Both the position numbers and the translations under genes were made by a program. Source: Octopus sinensis (Eukaryota). From it: a DNA stretch of 64,000 nt. Below are positions 35,216 to 50,155 of the stretch, one piece after another. Where the stretch lies: NCBI RefSeq assembly GCF_006345805.1, contig NC_042998.1:150846001-150910000 (forward strand). Reading direction: 5' to 3'. Within the stretch, counting starts at the first letter, position 1; each line of letters begins with the position of its first letter. The notes beneath the pieces are model-generated. The model was not told where the DNA came from. It did no database searches and saw nothing but the letters and a program-made list of their open reading frames with translations.

Positions 35216-36369
35216 TCTCTCTCTACACACACACATACACATATATATATCTATACATAAGCGTGTGTATATGTGTGTAGTTATATGTATATATAACTAA
35301 TGTAGCCACCAGAAAAATAATATTTAATACAACGAAGTTTTTTTTTTTAATTTTCAACATTGAAATCATTTTTTTTTGTTTTTTTAAATGTTTCTTTATT
35401 AGTTTGGAGAAAATATACGTGACCATCACCTCCACAACAACACCACTTACAACAACAACAGTCGCAGCAACAACAACGACAACAACAGAGTTATCACCAC
35501 CACCACCACCACCACCGACAATAACAACCACAACAATACGTGTGTCTGTTTATGTTGAATATTTTAATAGAATATCTACAAATATTTGTTTTGGTCAGGA
35601 AAAATAAACCAGATTTTTGTTTGTTGTTTGTGTTGTTATTTTAATCAATAAATAAAAATGTTTTTTGTGTGTTGCGCATGCGGAGGGGTTAAGAGATTTT
35701 ATTGATATCGATATTATGATAAGGGGAGAGGAAGCGGTGGTGGTAGATGAGAAGTGAGAAGGTAGGGAAATATGGAGATGGAGGAGGAAGAGGGTTAGGG
35801 CAAGTAGTAGGGATTATGGAGAGTCGAGCTTAATTGTTTTCAGTTCATAGTTGCATAAATTTCTGGCTTAAAGTCGTACTGAGATCGATTTGAGATGTTG
35901 CCCTTCCTGTGACGATAAAATGGATCCCTGTTATATATGTTGGGGACGAATGAATTTAAATGTTTATTTCTCCCATTTGACGGCACATCGTCTGATAGCA
36001 CGACTTATCAAACTTTCCTTCAAAAGAAAAGTAAAGAAATGCCGCATGGAATGGTGAGATAATCTCAAGAATTAAGAATCCTATGAAATTGACTTGTCAT
36101 TCAGGAACTGTCGGTTTACACGTGAGAAGAAGTTGCTTCTCCCTTTCTTCTGCTGTGGAAAGGGATCACCGTATATAGAGGGTGCAATAAACGGGGAAGA
36201 AACAATCGGGGAGTGCGCAGACCTCCGCCAAAGCAACACTACCGTCCTGTCAACGATTAGTCAGAGATGATTTTTAAAATGGGAATATCTGAAATAAACT
36301 CGACTGCTTTCACAAACGAAAATACTAAAAATGAACTCGACCGCTCCTAAAAATTAAGTAAAATAACTG

Positions 36370-36548
36370 AAAAAATAATTCAGAATCCTTATATGGTACC
36401 CGATCGATCCCAAAATCTAATCAGTTCGTGCCAGTTACGAAAGGTCTCATCCGAATCCATCCAGCGTTTCTTGAGATATCTCGTCTACGGACAAACAAAC
36501 AAACGCGACTGAAAACAATACACCCGCCTTCGCTAAGGTGGAGGTAAT
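36370..36548 (+). mobile_element. Unclassified non-autonomous DNA element ending in a hairpin
   Basis: gatatctcg..acggacaaacaaacaaacgcgactgaaaacaata followed by hairpin ccgcctt-cgct-aaggtgg (36524-36541); resembles subterminal-hairpin (Helitron/Helentron-like) elements, not confirmed. Confidence 0.4.
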
Positions 36549-36574
36549 AATAAACAGATCAGGTGCTGGAGCAT

Positions 36575-36986
36575 AAAAGACCGGACCTAGTGGTAGTAGA
36601 CCTAGTGGTTGTGCACCACATATGCTATATAGTCGATGTTGCAAGTCCCTTTGACCCACGAATAGTCAAGAAGGAAGGCGAAAAGATAGATAAATGCAAG
36701 AAATAGCCCGGCTATGGAAAAATGAACATAGTGCCAATTATTGTTGGCTCTTTGGGAACAGTATCAGAAGGCATGAAGAGGAATATAAAGGAAATTGGAA
36801 TAGAGTGCCCAGTAGAACTGTTACAAAAGGTTTACCTCCTTGGCACGGCCAGAATAATCAGGGAAGTATTAGATAGCTGAAAAGAGCGAATAGCATGGTA
36901 CCGTAGGGTGCAGGTAGTAAGCCCGCTACGCATGCAAGACTCTAGGATCTCCAAAAAAACCTGTGAATTAGAGATAATAATAATAA
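36575..36986 (+). mobile_element. R4/Dong-type 3' fragment (RLE domain, 3' UTR, (TAA)n tail)
   Basis: RPDLVVV...CYIVDVASPFD..IVKKEGEKIDK...NIVPIIVGSLGTV...LLQKVYLLGTARIIREVLDS*. Confidence 0.8.
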
Positions 36987-37932
36987 TTTCTTTTATTGGC
37001 CACTAGGGCCATGGAAGACAATATCGAAGGACGAGTTACAGGACACAATACAAAACAAAAACAAAAACAGGTGGGGTTACATCCATCAAAGGGAGACACT
37101 ACCACATTAAAGGATATGATAGAGGATATATAACAGAAATTAGAGAAATAAATAGCAAATCAATAAATAAATAATCAAAATCCTCAATACCGGGGTAGTT
37201 ACGGTAATCCGTGGTAAACTTCAGGAAAAATCCCGAATTACTCTGACATCTCCAAGGCATGAGAAAGTACCCTCTTCCAGTTTCTTTTCTCCTGCTTAGA
37301 AAGGAATACTCAGAGTCGGTCTATTCAGTCTCACCAGCCTTGCCACTGTCGACCACCTTTTGATAGACACACTAGAAGGCAGCACCTCCCTCTCTACCCT
37401 CACCTTCTTCAACTTGATGAGGGCTTGACCAGATAGGGATGTACATGTCTTCAAACCTTTCAGACGGGTCCGCTACACAGCCTCTTTTGCCACAGCCACT
37501 AAGCAGAGAAAAGTCTGCCTTCTTTCTCTGTTAAAGGAAGGTGGTGCGTTGATCTTCACTATACACTTGGCAGACAACTGAATTCGTCGTACACGTGACA
37601 ACAGTCGTCTTACACTGCTCCACACAATCTCATAACTCTCTAATGCACTGACACTAAATTATTGCATGCAAGACGGTTTCGTCCCCCAGCAGGGATCTCG
37701 AGCAAGGTCGGCTGTTGGCTCTTCCATGCCTGAAGAGCTTGTCACGAACAGGAAATGTCCCCTTCCCTGTGGTACTGTTCTCGTCAATGCTTAGATTCAA
37801 TCCTGGGCCAACATGGCTCATATTCTCAACTAGCCCTCCATAAAAATCTTGGGTTGTTTTCCCGCTAACGGTTTTGTGCAGCTGGTACAATGCAGTTAGC
37901 GCCTGGCAACATTCTAGATACCGAACGCAATG
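36975..37932 (-). mobile_element. Tx1-clade 3' fragment with intact 3' end
   Basis: ECCQAL..LYQLHKTV..KTTQDFYGGLVE; FPVRDKLFRHG...CSRSLLGDETVLHAII; 3' end ggccctagtggccAATAAAagaaattattatt; (ATT)n on both sides. Confidence 0.85.
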
Positions 37933-37960
37933 ATGATAATAATAATAATAATAATAATAA

Positions 37961-37999
<39 letters not shown>

Positions 38000-38042
38000 T
38001 ATTATTATTATTATTATTATTATTACAATAATGATAATAATA

Positions 38043-38430
38043 GTTTCAAATTTTGTCACAAGGGCAGCAATTTCAGGGGAGAGGATGAGTCGATTACATC
38101 GACCCCAGTATTCAACTGATACTTATTTTATCGAAAGGATGAAAAGTAAAGTCGATTTTAGCGGAATTTGAACTCAAGACATAGCGAAGGGTGAAATACC
38201 TATTTCTTTATTGCCCACAAGGGCCTGAACATAGAGGGGACAAACGAGTACAGACAAACGGATTAAGTCGATTATATCGACCCCAGTGCGTAACTGGTAT
38301 TTATTTAATCGACCCCGAAAGGATGAAAGGCAAAGTCGACCTCGGTGGAATTTGAACTCAGAACGTAGCGGCAGACGAAATACACTAAGCATATCGCCCG
38401 GCGCGCTAACGTTTCTGCCAGCTCGCCGCC
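38043..38430 (-). mobile_element. SINE family B: full copy (38197-38430) plus tandem partial copy (38043-38196)
   Basis: Head ggcggcgagctggcagaaacgttagc, B-box-like ctgagttcaaattcc, core gtcgactttgcctttcatcctttcggggtcg, tail gtttgtcccctctatgttcaggcccttgtgggcaataaagaaata. Confidence 0.88.
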
Positions 38431-38431
38431 T

Positions 38432-38504
<73 letters not shown>

Positions 38505-38578
38505 CAATAATAATGTTAGAGGTGAACATTTGACAAAAGTTTGACATTTACGACTAAACATTAAATTGTCAGAATTAG

Positions 38579-38625
<47 letters not shown>

Positions 38626-38758
38626 AGCGGTAATGTTCCCTTTCATGGCTCTCTTCTGGAACATTCTCGCAATAAAATTTAAATAAAGTTTAAAATAAAT
38701 ATAAAGGACATTTAGAAAAAAGTCATGAAATCTACAAAAAAAGAAGGAAACGAAGAAA

Positions 38759-38848
<90 letters not shown>

Positions 38849-40977
38849 GTGTGTGTATATATATATATGTATATATATATATATACATATATATATGTTT
38901 ATATTATATATATATATGTATATATACATATATATATCTATATATATCTCTATATATATACATATAAACAGATATATATATATACATATGTATATATATT
39001 TATATAAATACATATATATATATATACATATAAGATACACACACGCATATATATATATGCGTATGAGTATATGCATGTATATGCTTATATATAGGAGTAT
39101 GTTTGTCTAAGTCTATATTTTCATATATGTGTGTATGTGTTTGTACGTGTGTGTATAATATACATACACATGTATATATGTATGTTATTATATATGTGCG
39201 TATGCGTATATTATATATATATATATATATATATACATACACATATATATATATAAAATATATATACGTATATCTCTGTGTTAGTGTATGTGTGTGTGTG
39301 TATGCCTGTATATGTGTTTGTGCTTGTGTGTTTATGCGTGAATGTTTTCGTGCATGCGTATGTCTTCGTATGTGCGTTCGTGACTTAAAAGCTGATGAGT
39401 CTTGAATCATAGCTCTGCGTTTCACGTTGCCGATTATTCAAACACTTGAATTATAAATAAATATTTACAGCTACCAGTTAGCTGGGTAGCTTGCTTCCCA
39501 GCTAATAGATTTGTTTCCCAGATAATCAGGAAGTACATTTAAATATACACATTCAGCTGTTCATCACCTCTTAATTCCAGTAAGAATAACCAAATTCTTT
39601 CATTTCGTGTGTTTTACACATATAATACTGAATACATGAATATATTGGTTGTTTTTTGCTTGAGAAGAGATGACAGCTAAATACGTATGTGATTTTATTT
39701 TTAATGATTTCTGACACCCAGAGACGTCTCGCTGACTAATCATATTTTGATGTCTTTACAAATAGTTTTCGTTATATATTGTCACGCTGCTTCCTTCATT
39801 CAATCAATGCGAAATCCAAAAGTAACTATTCAAGAATTTCCACGAAAATATACATCCACTTCTTTAATGACTGTGTACACTTTTGGTTCACTTGTAGACA
39901 CGAACATTCACCAATCTACGCGCGCGCGTGTGTGTGTATGTGCATGCGTGTATGTGTGTGAGTATGTGTATATGTATTAAAAATTAACATAAAATATATG
40001 AACTTGATCGAATGCTGTTTATTTATGTAACCTAGCCCCATCTATCTGTCTAATGTACCCAACTTCGGTACGTCTAAACGATTCCTTGAATGATTGATCT
40101 ATAGTTTTCGAAAATACAGACACTGCGAAGTCAATAATTCTTTATTATTGATTACTAAAAAAATAAGAAATGGCTTTGTTTGTTGGTTTTAAAATTTATA
40201 CATCTAGAAGAAATTATTTGATATATGAAATCCTTAGACCGGATGTATTTCGTACAGCTTATGGTGGGTATATGTATAGGTGCAGAAAGGAAGAAATCAG
40301 TCTTAAATAAAGAATTAAAGAATTAAACAGGCAGCTACATCACAAGATCACCGTGTTTGCACATATATAGCTACATCACAACACATTGCCGATCGATGTC
40401 TGTAATATTCCGTACTTCTGAATTCCTTCGGATTCTTGTCATAACTGACGGGAAACTTTGTATTCCTTCATCAGTCATTAAATTTATCTTGAAGTAAACA
40501 TTTTTGATGATGTTACAGAATGAGAGGTGAAATTCCCTATCGGTCGTAGCTCTAATTGTCTTGAAATATGTTAATATATTTGTTTTAAATCCATCTATTG
40601 TTTTGGCTAAATCTCCCTTAGATTAACTATATTAACATCACCTGGTGGCATTAATAAAAAGTAGATGCTCTTGGTTGTCTCCCCTTACTAATACTGGTCT
40701 GTTGTATTTTTAATCAAAATCTCAGCTGATGCATTTTTGGTCAGTTGAAGCTTGTTTACCGTGTTGTTAACAATATCTTTGTGAGTGTGCTCGCGCGCGT
40801 GTATGCGCAGGTATGTGTGTGTGAGCGCGTGCGAGTATCTATTTATACAAATATTCTTACATAAATTCATATCTTTATCTATTTAAACACACAGACGCAT
40901 ACATACTCTCACACACACACACACACACACACACACATGCATACATACATACATACATACATACATACATACATACA

Positions 40978-41011
<34 letters not shown>

Positions 41012-41039
41012 CATACATACATACATGCATGCATTTTGC

Positions 41040-41845
41040 ATACAAGTTTGCATACATGAGGCTGATAACATCATAAGACTCGGAAGACTCCTTGAGCAGC
41101 ATTCCTTGTCTGATAAACTTAAATACATGCCCAAAGCAGTCGCAGGACTCTACCGCAACATGTCAGCAGATGAAAGAATGAACATATATGAACAGAAGAC
41201 CATGCACAGATATGCTAGCCGAAAGCTCCGAGATTATAGTAACATTGATCATTAAAGCAGTCTATCATGGACCAACAACTGGATTACTACCTCCCACTTT
41301 GAAGGATATGCGTTTGCAAGCCAGGAACAGGAAATATCAACCAAGTACCTGATGCACAAAAGGGACAGAGATGCAGGAAAAACAGTAAAATGTGACAACC
41401 GATGCAAACTCTGTGGAGTTAACATCGAAGATGTCACACACATCATAAGCAGTTGTCCGAAAATGTCATTATGGTATTATCTACATGATGTTGTCGCTAG
41501 GAGACTATATAACGAAATCCATCAGAAAGATAACTCTGAGGACAAAGAAATAAGAATCCCACAGTACGGTAGAAACCATAGCAACTCGTAATAAAAAGGA
41601 GTATTGGTGCAAACAGAACACCTACGCTGAACTATTGAGAAATCTGCAGTTACTCTATCCAAATTACAAGTTCAGGTTTATACCTGTAATTTTAGGGGCA
41701 CTGGAATATGTAACACACTGCTTAAATACCAATCTTGAGAAATTAAGCTTCTCCGAACCAAAAGGAGAAAGCTGATTCGAAGACTACAGATCCAATCCAT
41801 CACTGGAACTGTAAAAATCTAAAACTTTCCAGAAGTTTATACTTT
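41040..41845 (+). mobile_element. R4/Dong-type fragment, second lineage
   Basis: HFEGYAFASQEQEISTKYLMHKRDRD...CDNRCKLCGVNIEDVTHIISSCPKMS..Y..HDVVAR; later FIPVILGAL...RLQIQSITGTVKI. Confidence 0.75.
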
Positions 41846-41977
41846 AAGTATATATGAGCATGTCTAGTATATGCACGAAAAGGCATACATAAAACAAAAC
41901 ATACGAATCTGCACGTATACATACATGCATGCATGCATACATACATGCATACATACATACATGCATACATACATACA

Positions 41978-42008
<31 letters not shown>

Positions 42009-43349
42009 CCTGTTCATGTTGTTGAAATTCCAATGACGGAGCCTTGTATCTAGGTTAGAAACCGGCTCTTTCTCTTTCAAGACATCTTGAAATAAAACTG
42101 AATAATGATATACATACACACATACAAGCAAACAAATAAACAAACAAACATCTCTCTATCTCTCTCCCTTTCAAAAATGTGTGTACTTTCAGAAGTGATG
42201 AAAGATAAATTTAATTTATTTCAGTTTATTTTCCCTTTTATTTCAGATTGACTAAATAGTCTCTTAAAACGATTAAAGCCGGTAGCATATTTTGATAAAA
42301 GTGGAATCTTTTCTTTTCTTTCTTTTTTGTTTATCCATGATAAAGTTTTCAAAACAGTGAATATATGAAGTGTAAGAAAGTCTGTTCAATAAATGACCCA
42401 TGTTTGTTAAATGTAAATATAAAGACTACTCGCTTGGTTAAAGGCCTTCATTTTCTACATAAATCATGATATATATAGCTTTGTTATTCTTTAACACCAG
42501 GTCAACCTCGATCGTCATGACCTATCATCAAAGGCATTCCGTTTGTGACCATTCCATGTTTGTTTTCACTGTATCCATGACTACATTATCCAACATGAAA
42601 ATCTATTTTTAAATCAGTAAATAGTGATTTGAGTGTATTTCTAGCAGGTCGAAAGACCACGAAGTTAGGATCATTTGTTAGCTTATTTCCCACTCCTTTT
42701 CTGTATTGGAGTATTTGTTTCCTCACCATCTTATTTTATTATGGAGGCAGCAGATGAGGGAAAATGGAACCCAAAGTTGAGTGAATGGAAATGGAAGTAG
42801 GTTTAAAACTAGATTTTTATCGGAAATAGTTTTTCATATTTTCACGTATTTGTTTCTTTGTTTTGAAGAAATCTAGACAAATAAATAAACGAATAACAAA
42901 TAGATATAACAAATTTCAAATAAATAACTAATAAACAACAAACATATATTCATAAAATATTGTTATAGTGTTGTTACATATCGGTGCTGAGTCGAATTTG
43001 GTAAATTCTTGCTGTCACTAATATGAAAATGACGACCAAGTGAACCGAACCGTCGTCACAGTTCACTGACTTCGGAATTCAAAGAGAAAATAAGAAGAAG
43101 GAAAATAATGCTACAAAAACAAATTGTAAAAAAATAATAGTACAAAAATAAAATAAAATAAAATAATATGAATGAAAATAAAAATAAAATCATATGAATA
43201 AAAATAAAACAAAATATAAAAGCAAGAAATTTATCGGATTCTGCTAGGAGGAGTTTTATTAACAGACCATAACTTGGTAACATTTGGTGAATGTAGATGT
43301 TTTTCTGAGAATTTTGGTACAATCGTTATCTTGATGGGCTCTTATTTAA

Positions 43350-43433
43350 CCTTTTGATACTAACCTGAGACAACGCCTGACTCTGGGACCAGCTTAATCA
43401 TGATTCTCGAAATCAAGTATGGTAACAAATGGG
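43350..43433. mobile_element. piggyBac-type mini-MITE
   Basis: TTAA at 43346-43349 and 43434-43437; degenerate TIRs ccttttgatac / ggtaacaaatggg. Confidence 0.5.
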
Positions 43434-43644
43434 TTAAAATGACCCCAAGGAAATCTTCCATCAAAATTTAATATTAACTTATGTCCTAAACACCGGCTTA
43501 ATAATGACAAAGTTGTTTTACTAAATTCTTCATTATTTTCAAAATCAGTTGGAATAAAGACAGTTATTTTAACAGAAATATGATAACAAAAAGAGTTCAG
43601 AGAAGATTCTTGCTTGTTCTGCTTTGCATCGTTCATAAAAAAAA

Positions 43645-43679
43645 AGAAAGAGAGAGAGAGAGACAGAGAGAGAGAGACA

Positions 43680-43729
<50 letters not shown>

Positions 43730-43804
43730 GAGAGAGACAGAGAGAGAGAGACAGAGAGAGAGAGACACAGAGAGAGGAGAGAGGGGAGAGAGAGGGAGAG
43801 AGAG

Positions 43805-43870
<66 letters not shown>
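43645..43870. repeat. (GA)n / (GACA)n microsatellite
   Basis: Direct inspection. Confidence 0.95.
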
Positions 43871-43872
<2 letters not shown>

Positions 43873-45234
43873 GAAACTGTGGACTTCTGGTGTTATATCC
43901 AAACAGGGTAGGCGGGATTTAAGATCAGTGATGAGTATTGGAATCGAATCTGGTCAAATGGGGGAAATTGCCGATCAAAAATTTCAATTATATTCGACTT
44001 TTTTTTTAAAGTTTGTTATTTACACTTCGTTGCAACTTGAACAATCAATCCAAGTGTCGTTGGTTCAATTCCAACAATGTCATGGCGATGTTTGAGGTTT
44101 AGACGACAAACTTGATTGATGTGACAAATATTGTGAAGCATAGGATAACCTGTCTGGAGATTCGATCCTACGATCCGATTTTTATCTCTAATTGAACCCA
44201 TTTCTCTTTATTTATGATGTGAGATCAAATTCTGTTCTCACGATAATTATAAAAGTATTTTAAGCCCAAACAAAATTAAAATTCAATTCTATATTTAAGA
44301 GATGAGGAATTATGTACATTATTTGCATTATTTACAATTGACGGATGAGGACAAATATCCGTCAATTGTAAATAATGTAAATAAAATTAAAATTATAACC
44401 ACAGGTTGCCACAAGTCGATTGTGGGAGCACTGTGAATACTTTTTACACAATTAACGACTGTTTGCTTGCTTGTTGTTCTGAGTTCAAGTCTTGGGAAAT
44501 GATATGGCTCCATTGATATTCACTCCAAGACAACCACTATGCCAAAATTGGTTGCATTTCAACGGATAGGCATCACGTAATATCAGATAACAGAATAAAT
44601 TTCATATAGGAATTCATATTTCAGCTTATTCAGAAACTTTGGGTCAAATTCCAACTTTAACGAGGTCAATTACTATAACGCAAAACCGAATATGTTTACA
44701 TAAACGAAATGTATTCATTCGTTTCTGGCATGGTATCATCTTCCATACTTATTCATTTGTCGATCGTTAAATCTATACAAAGACGTAGTAATTCTTGTTG
44801 CAATTTCGTGTAACTGTCTCAAGTTTAAATCAAATGTCTTTCCCATTTGTTTAACGGTGATAATATTTCCAGATGAGTTAAAACATGTTCACAACTAAAC
44901 CAAAATAATATAAAATATAGCGTCCTACCAAAGAAGACTTGACGAAACACATATGACATATTTGAACCCACGAGCTGCTGGTAGTGCAAAATCTTGGATG
45001 GTGAGGGCCGTCTCATTTCTATACCACTGGTTACCTACAAGCTACGAGGATGTGTCTGTATGTCTTTCACTGTATAACACCGTGAACAATTGAAAACAAT
45101 TTATTAGCTCAATATCTGAAATTAGCTATTAGTAATATTCAAAGTACGAGGTCGGATAAAATAGGTTGCAGTCTTTAGTTGCGTACCTTCACGCTTTGGG
45201 TTCACATCCTACCAAGGTCTACAACCTGTATGGA

Positions 45235-45410
45235 TTCAGACGGGGTCCTGTGGTTTAGAAGTTCGCTTCAAAACTATGTCTGTTTTAGCTTTTAGGTTCG
45301 ATCCTACTGCGTGACGTCTTGAAGAAAGTATCACTCATCATAGCTGCGGCTCAGGAAAGGCACTTGTGAATGGATTTGTAGACTGAAAATGCAATGAAAC
45401 CTGTCAGATT
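45235..45410 (+). mobile_element. Degenerate SINE-A 5' half
   Basis: ggttcgatcctactgcgtgacgtcttgaagaaagtatc...cttgtgaatggatttgtagactgaaaatgcaatgaaacctgtc. Confidence 0.6.
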
Positions 45411-45599
45411 AACTGCTTTTGGCTCGTTGGCTCAATGCACTTCTCGATTTAATCAGCTGACACTTGGCTGAACCTTTGCGAGATTCATTGCACTTTCAGC
45501 ATTTAAACGAGAGGTCTTATATAGGGATAGTTTTCTCCTTTTATTCCAAGTCTTCCTCTCTTGATTATTAATCATATTCCAACAACCACACTGTTGTTA

Positions 45600-45793
<194 letters not shown>

Positions 45794-46775
45794 ATATGTG
45801 TTTCATAGCCGTTGTAAAAAATAATTTTGTTTCAACAAAATAAACTTTTAGAGAAGAAGAGCGGCTGAACATTAAATCGATCAGCAAATTTTGTACTCTT
45901 TCTGTAATCAAGTACACGCAAACATACTTTAATGAAGTACACACAGGCTTGCTAACACTCACGCTGGTTTATATACATATTTGCTTAAACCAGTGCATGT
46001 GTATGTATATATATATGTATATGTGTGTGTGCATGTGCATATGCATGCATATATATATGTATATATATATGTACATATGTATATGCATGTGCGTGTGCTT
46101 GTGTGCATGTATATATGTATGTATGTGTATGTCTGCATGATTTTGCGCGAACTGCGTACATATTTAGGCTGGAATAAGTGCATGAACATGCGTACATCTA
46201 GGCTTGTAATTGTGCATGCTCGTGCGTGTATGTATGTGTTTGTATGCATATGTGTGTATGTGTGTGTGTGCATGTGTGTGCTCAAAACCAATATAGTATC
46301 AACAACAATAATACAAAACAAACAAACATAACAACCAAAAAAAAACTATTAAAAAAATTCTTAAATCAAAAGAATTGATTAATATTTTCCTATTAACTTT
46401 TCATCTTTTCTTTGATTTTATATTATCACCATCTCTTGCCATTGCCTCCTAAACACACACACAAACGCACACATGTACAAATACATACAAACGTACATAC
46501 ACGCACAGGCACACAAACACACAAGAATACAAACACACACACACTGAAGCACACGTGAACATACACACAATAATACAAATACTCTCTCTCACACACACAT
46601 ACACATACACGCACGCATAAAAGCAGACATACACACACAAACACACGTAAACACACGTAAACACATGTAAACACATGTAAACGCACACACATATTTCAAA
46701 CAAAAATGATTTATTGGTAACACACACAACAACCAGCTTTTAATTCTAGTTTTTAATTTTGCTTCTGACATAATA

Positions 46776-46810
<35 letters not shown>

Positions 46811-47039
46811 CATGAAGGCACGTGGCCTTGTGGCTAGGAGTTGCACTCACTATCGATAGACCGTGAGTTCGATTCCTGGACCAAGCAGCGCGTTGTGTTC
46901 ACTTCAGTTCACGTCCATTTCTGGTTAGAAGAGTGAGAAAAATATTTAGCAGTATATCCTCTGAGTTCAAATCCCACCTGCTTGTAAAAGACAACAGAAA
47001 CTGAAGGTAGCCAATCTCAAACCATCAGCCTTCCAAAAG

Positions 47040-47885
47040 TCTTTTCTGAAAACGTTTGAAAAACTAAACAAAGCCATTCTTCTGCCCTGCTGACTGAGAG
47101 ATCAGACTTCATACCGCTCTACCATTGATTCCCATGCCATCGATGTAGACAACACCAGGATTGTTTTGAAGAAATGACAACGAAATCCAAATACTTCTGC
47201 AAGAGAAAGATAAGTTTATTAAAGCTGTCAGTAGTAAACCTACCCACCTACCCACAGAAACTCACCATCAAAAACTGAGTTCATGTAAAATTGCACCCTA
47301 GAAAAACAAAACTAAGGATCATGAAAAACAATCTGGTTTGAAGAAAGGGGTTGGGAGACGCTAATTTATGTTGACATAAATTATGAAAAATTTTAGAATT
47401 ATCCCTGCAAATTTAAAGACAAACGGCGTTGATGTTTCACCCATTTTCACAGCAAATAGAAATAAACGTATCGCACACGAACAAGTAATACGGACAAAAT
47501 GAGATGAACATTTTCAAACTATTCTAAACAGACCATCAACTCTTGGTAAAGTTCTCGCATATTTTGACTCTATAAAGTGACTATCGTTTAATAAACAACC
47601 CGGTACAGGTTCAATTCCTACTGAAATATGAAAAACACTTAACTGATGTGATCTTTCCAGTAAGACAGATTCAAGAGAAGTATAAAGAGCAGAATTGGTC
47701 CTTATATATCACCTTTGTTGATCGCCCAAAGGCTTTCATACTGAACTATGATGGTTGGAGAGTCTTTTCCAAATATAGTCGTCTGCCAATGTTTGTACAT
47801 ATGGTGGACCAATTTCATGTCGGCATTATGGCGAGTGGTATCTTCTTTTCTGTCACAATTAGTGTGAAACAAGGTTGTGTTTGTT
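47040..47885 (+). mobile_element. Old RTE fragments (about 47040-47360 and 47640-47885)
   Basis: FEENDNEIQILLQEKDK-like linker; MIFPVRQIQEKYKEQN..LYITFVD..KAF; SVKQGCV. Confidence 0.65.
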
Positions 47886-47942
47886 TTTTTCAACCAATTT
47901 TTCTCTTTTTATTTTCCCTCCAAATTTTTTCATATATTTTCT

Positions 47943-47970
47943 CTGATGAAGGACTAGTGTTCGAAACATC
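47943..47970 (+). ncRNA. Hammerhead-like relic
   Basis: CUGAUGA A GGAC uagu GUUC GAAAC AUC; stem II intact, stem III and stem I decayed. Confidence 0.4.
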
Positions 47971-48115
47971 AATTTTTTTTTCCTTCGTGTTAAGTTAAAA
48001 TTAATATAATATTTGTTAAAACTTTCTTTCTCACCCTGTCTTCTTTTTCTTTTCAATGCCTAATATGCGTGCGAATGTGCATATGTGTATGTATACATAT
48101 ATATATATGCATGTA

Positions 48116-48188
<73 letters not shown>

Positions 48189-48932
48189 TGTAGTATATAT
48201 ATATATAATATATATATATATCATGCATGCACAGACACACAGACACACACACACACACGCACACACATATATATATACACACTTATGTGCGTTGAACTTG
48301 TATCGGTGACATTGATGAGGCCAACAAAATGTCTTCCCTTGTGTTTCAAACTGACTCCATATTGTCGTCCAAATAAACACAACAACAACTATAGCCAAAA
48401 ATAATATGCAAATAAATATTAAAAAAAACAAATATGTAAATATAAACAATGCAGAAACACAAACACATATACATGCACACATATATACATGTACAAGCAC
48501 ATAAGCGTATGCATGTATATATTATACTGTGTGCATGTGTGCGTTTGCGTATATATAGATGTGTGGATATATTTTTATAGAAATATACACAGATATATTT
48601 TATATATTTATCATATACTTATGTGTATATATTTTTATGCATACAGATACGCGCGTGCGCGCCACACTCACACATACGCACACACACACATATATTTCAA
48701 TATATAGGTAGTATAGACAATATATATGTGTGTGTGCTTGTATACATACTTGCACAGACGCACACACACACGCACAAACACACACACGCGTGCACATATT
48801 CACACACAACGAAGAGCAGAGAACCATAACAAACATAATAAAGAAAGTCATATTACATTTGCCGCTTTGGTTTGTTGGTTTTCTTTTATCATTTATTTCT
48901 TACATACGTACATATGTATACATATACATATA

Positions 48933-49004
<72 letters not shown>

Positions 49005-49005
49005 T

Positions 49006-49039
<34 letters not shown>

Positions 49040-49040
49040 C

Positions 49041-49114
<74 letters not shown>

Positions 49115-49339
49115 ATTATGCATTCTATCATGCGCATACACAAGCTTCTTCTCTGACACTATAAACGTATGTATACATATAAGGTATGATACATGACAAT
49201 ATAATAAAGTATATACATATATATATATATATATATATACATATAATATATACATAAATAAATATATATATGTAAATATTTGTGTGTGCGAGTATATATA
49301 TATATATGTAGTATGCATACATATATATATATATATATG

Positions 49340-49431
<92 letters not shown>

Positions 49432-50009
49432 GTTGTATGTATGTGTATGTATGTGTGAGCATGTACGGATGTGTATGTGTATGTGTGATTTATTTAACAC
49501 CGAAATTTAGGGATTTTATTTCATTTTCAATTTATTTATTAATATTGTTTTGTTATTTTCTGCTGTATTAATACATTTTTTATATCTAAACTGCTTCCTA
49601 TTTTCCATAAGTTTGGTCTTGTATGTGCTGAGGATGTGGTGGGGCTTATGCATGTATTAGTGTATATATGTGTGCTTACGGTTATTATGACGCGTGTTCG
49701 TATCTATGCATCTATATATGTGTGTGTATGTGTGTCTGTTTATCTATAGGTGACAACGAATTCATATTTGTGTATACGTGTGTGTATGTATACAAGTGAC
49801 TATGTATAAACATATTTTTATGTACGTGATTATTCATATAATAGTATATATTTATATAGCTGACTAAGTATACATGTGTGCGTAAGTGTGCATTTCCGTG
49901 TTTATGTATGTGTGCGTGTGTGTGTGTGCGTGCGTGTGTGCATGTTTGCGAGTGTGAATGCGCCCCCAGTGCTCAAGAAAAGGAAGAGGGAGGAGGAGGC
50001 AGAAGATGG

Positions 50010-50155
50010 AGAAGAAGAAGAAGAAGATGGAGAAGAAGAAGAAGAAGAAGAAGAAGAAGAAGAAGAAGAAGAAGAAGAAGAAGAAGAAGAAGAAGAAGAA
50101 GAAGAAGAAGAAGAAGAAGAAGAAGAAGAAGAAGAAGAAGACAAAGAAGAAGAAG
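50010..50155. repeat. (GAA)n microsatellite
   Basis: Direct inspection; source of the poly-E/K/R ORFs. Confidence 0.95.
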
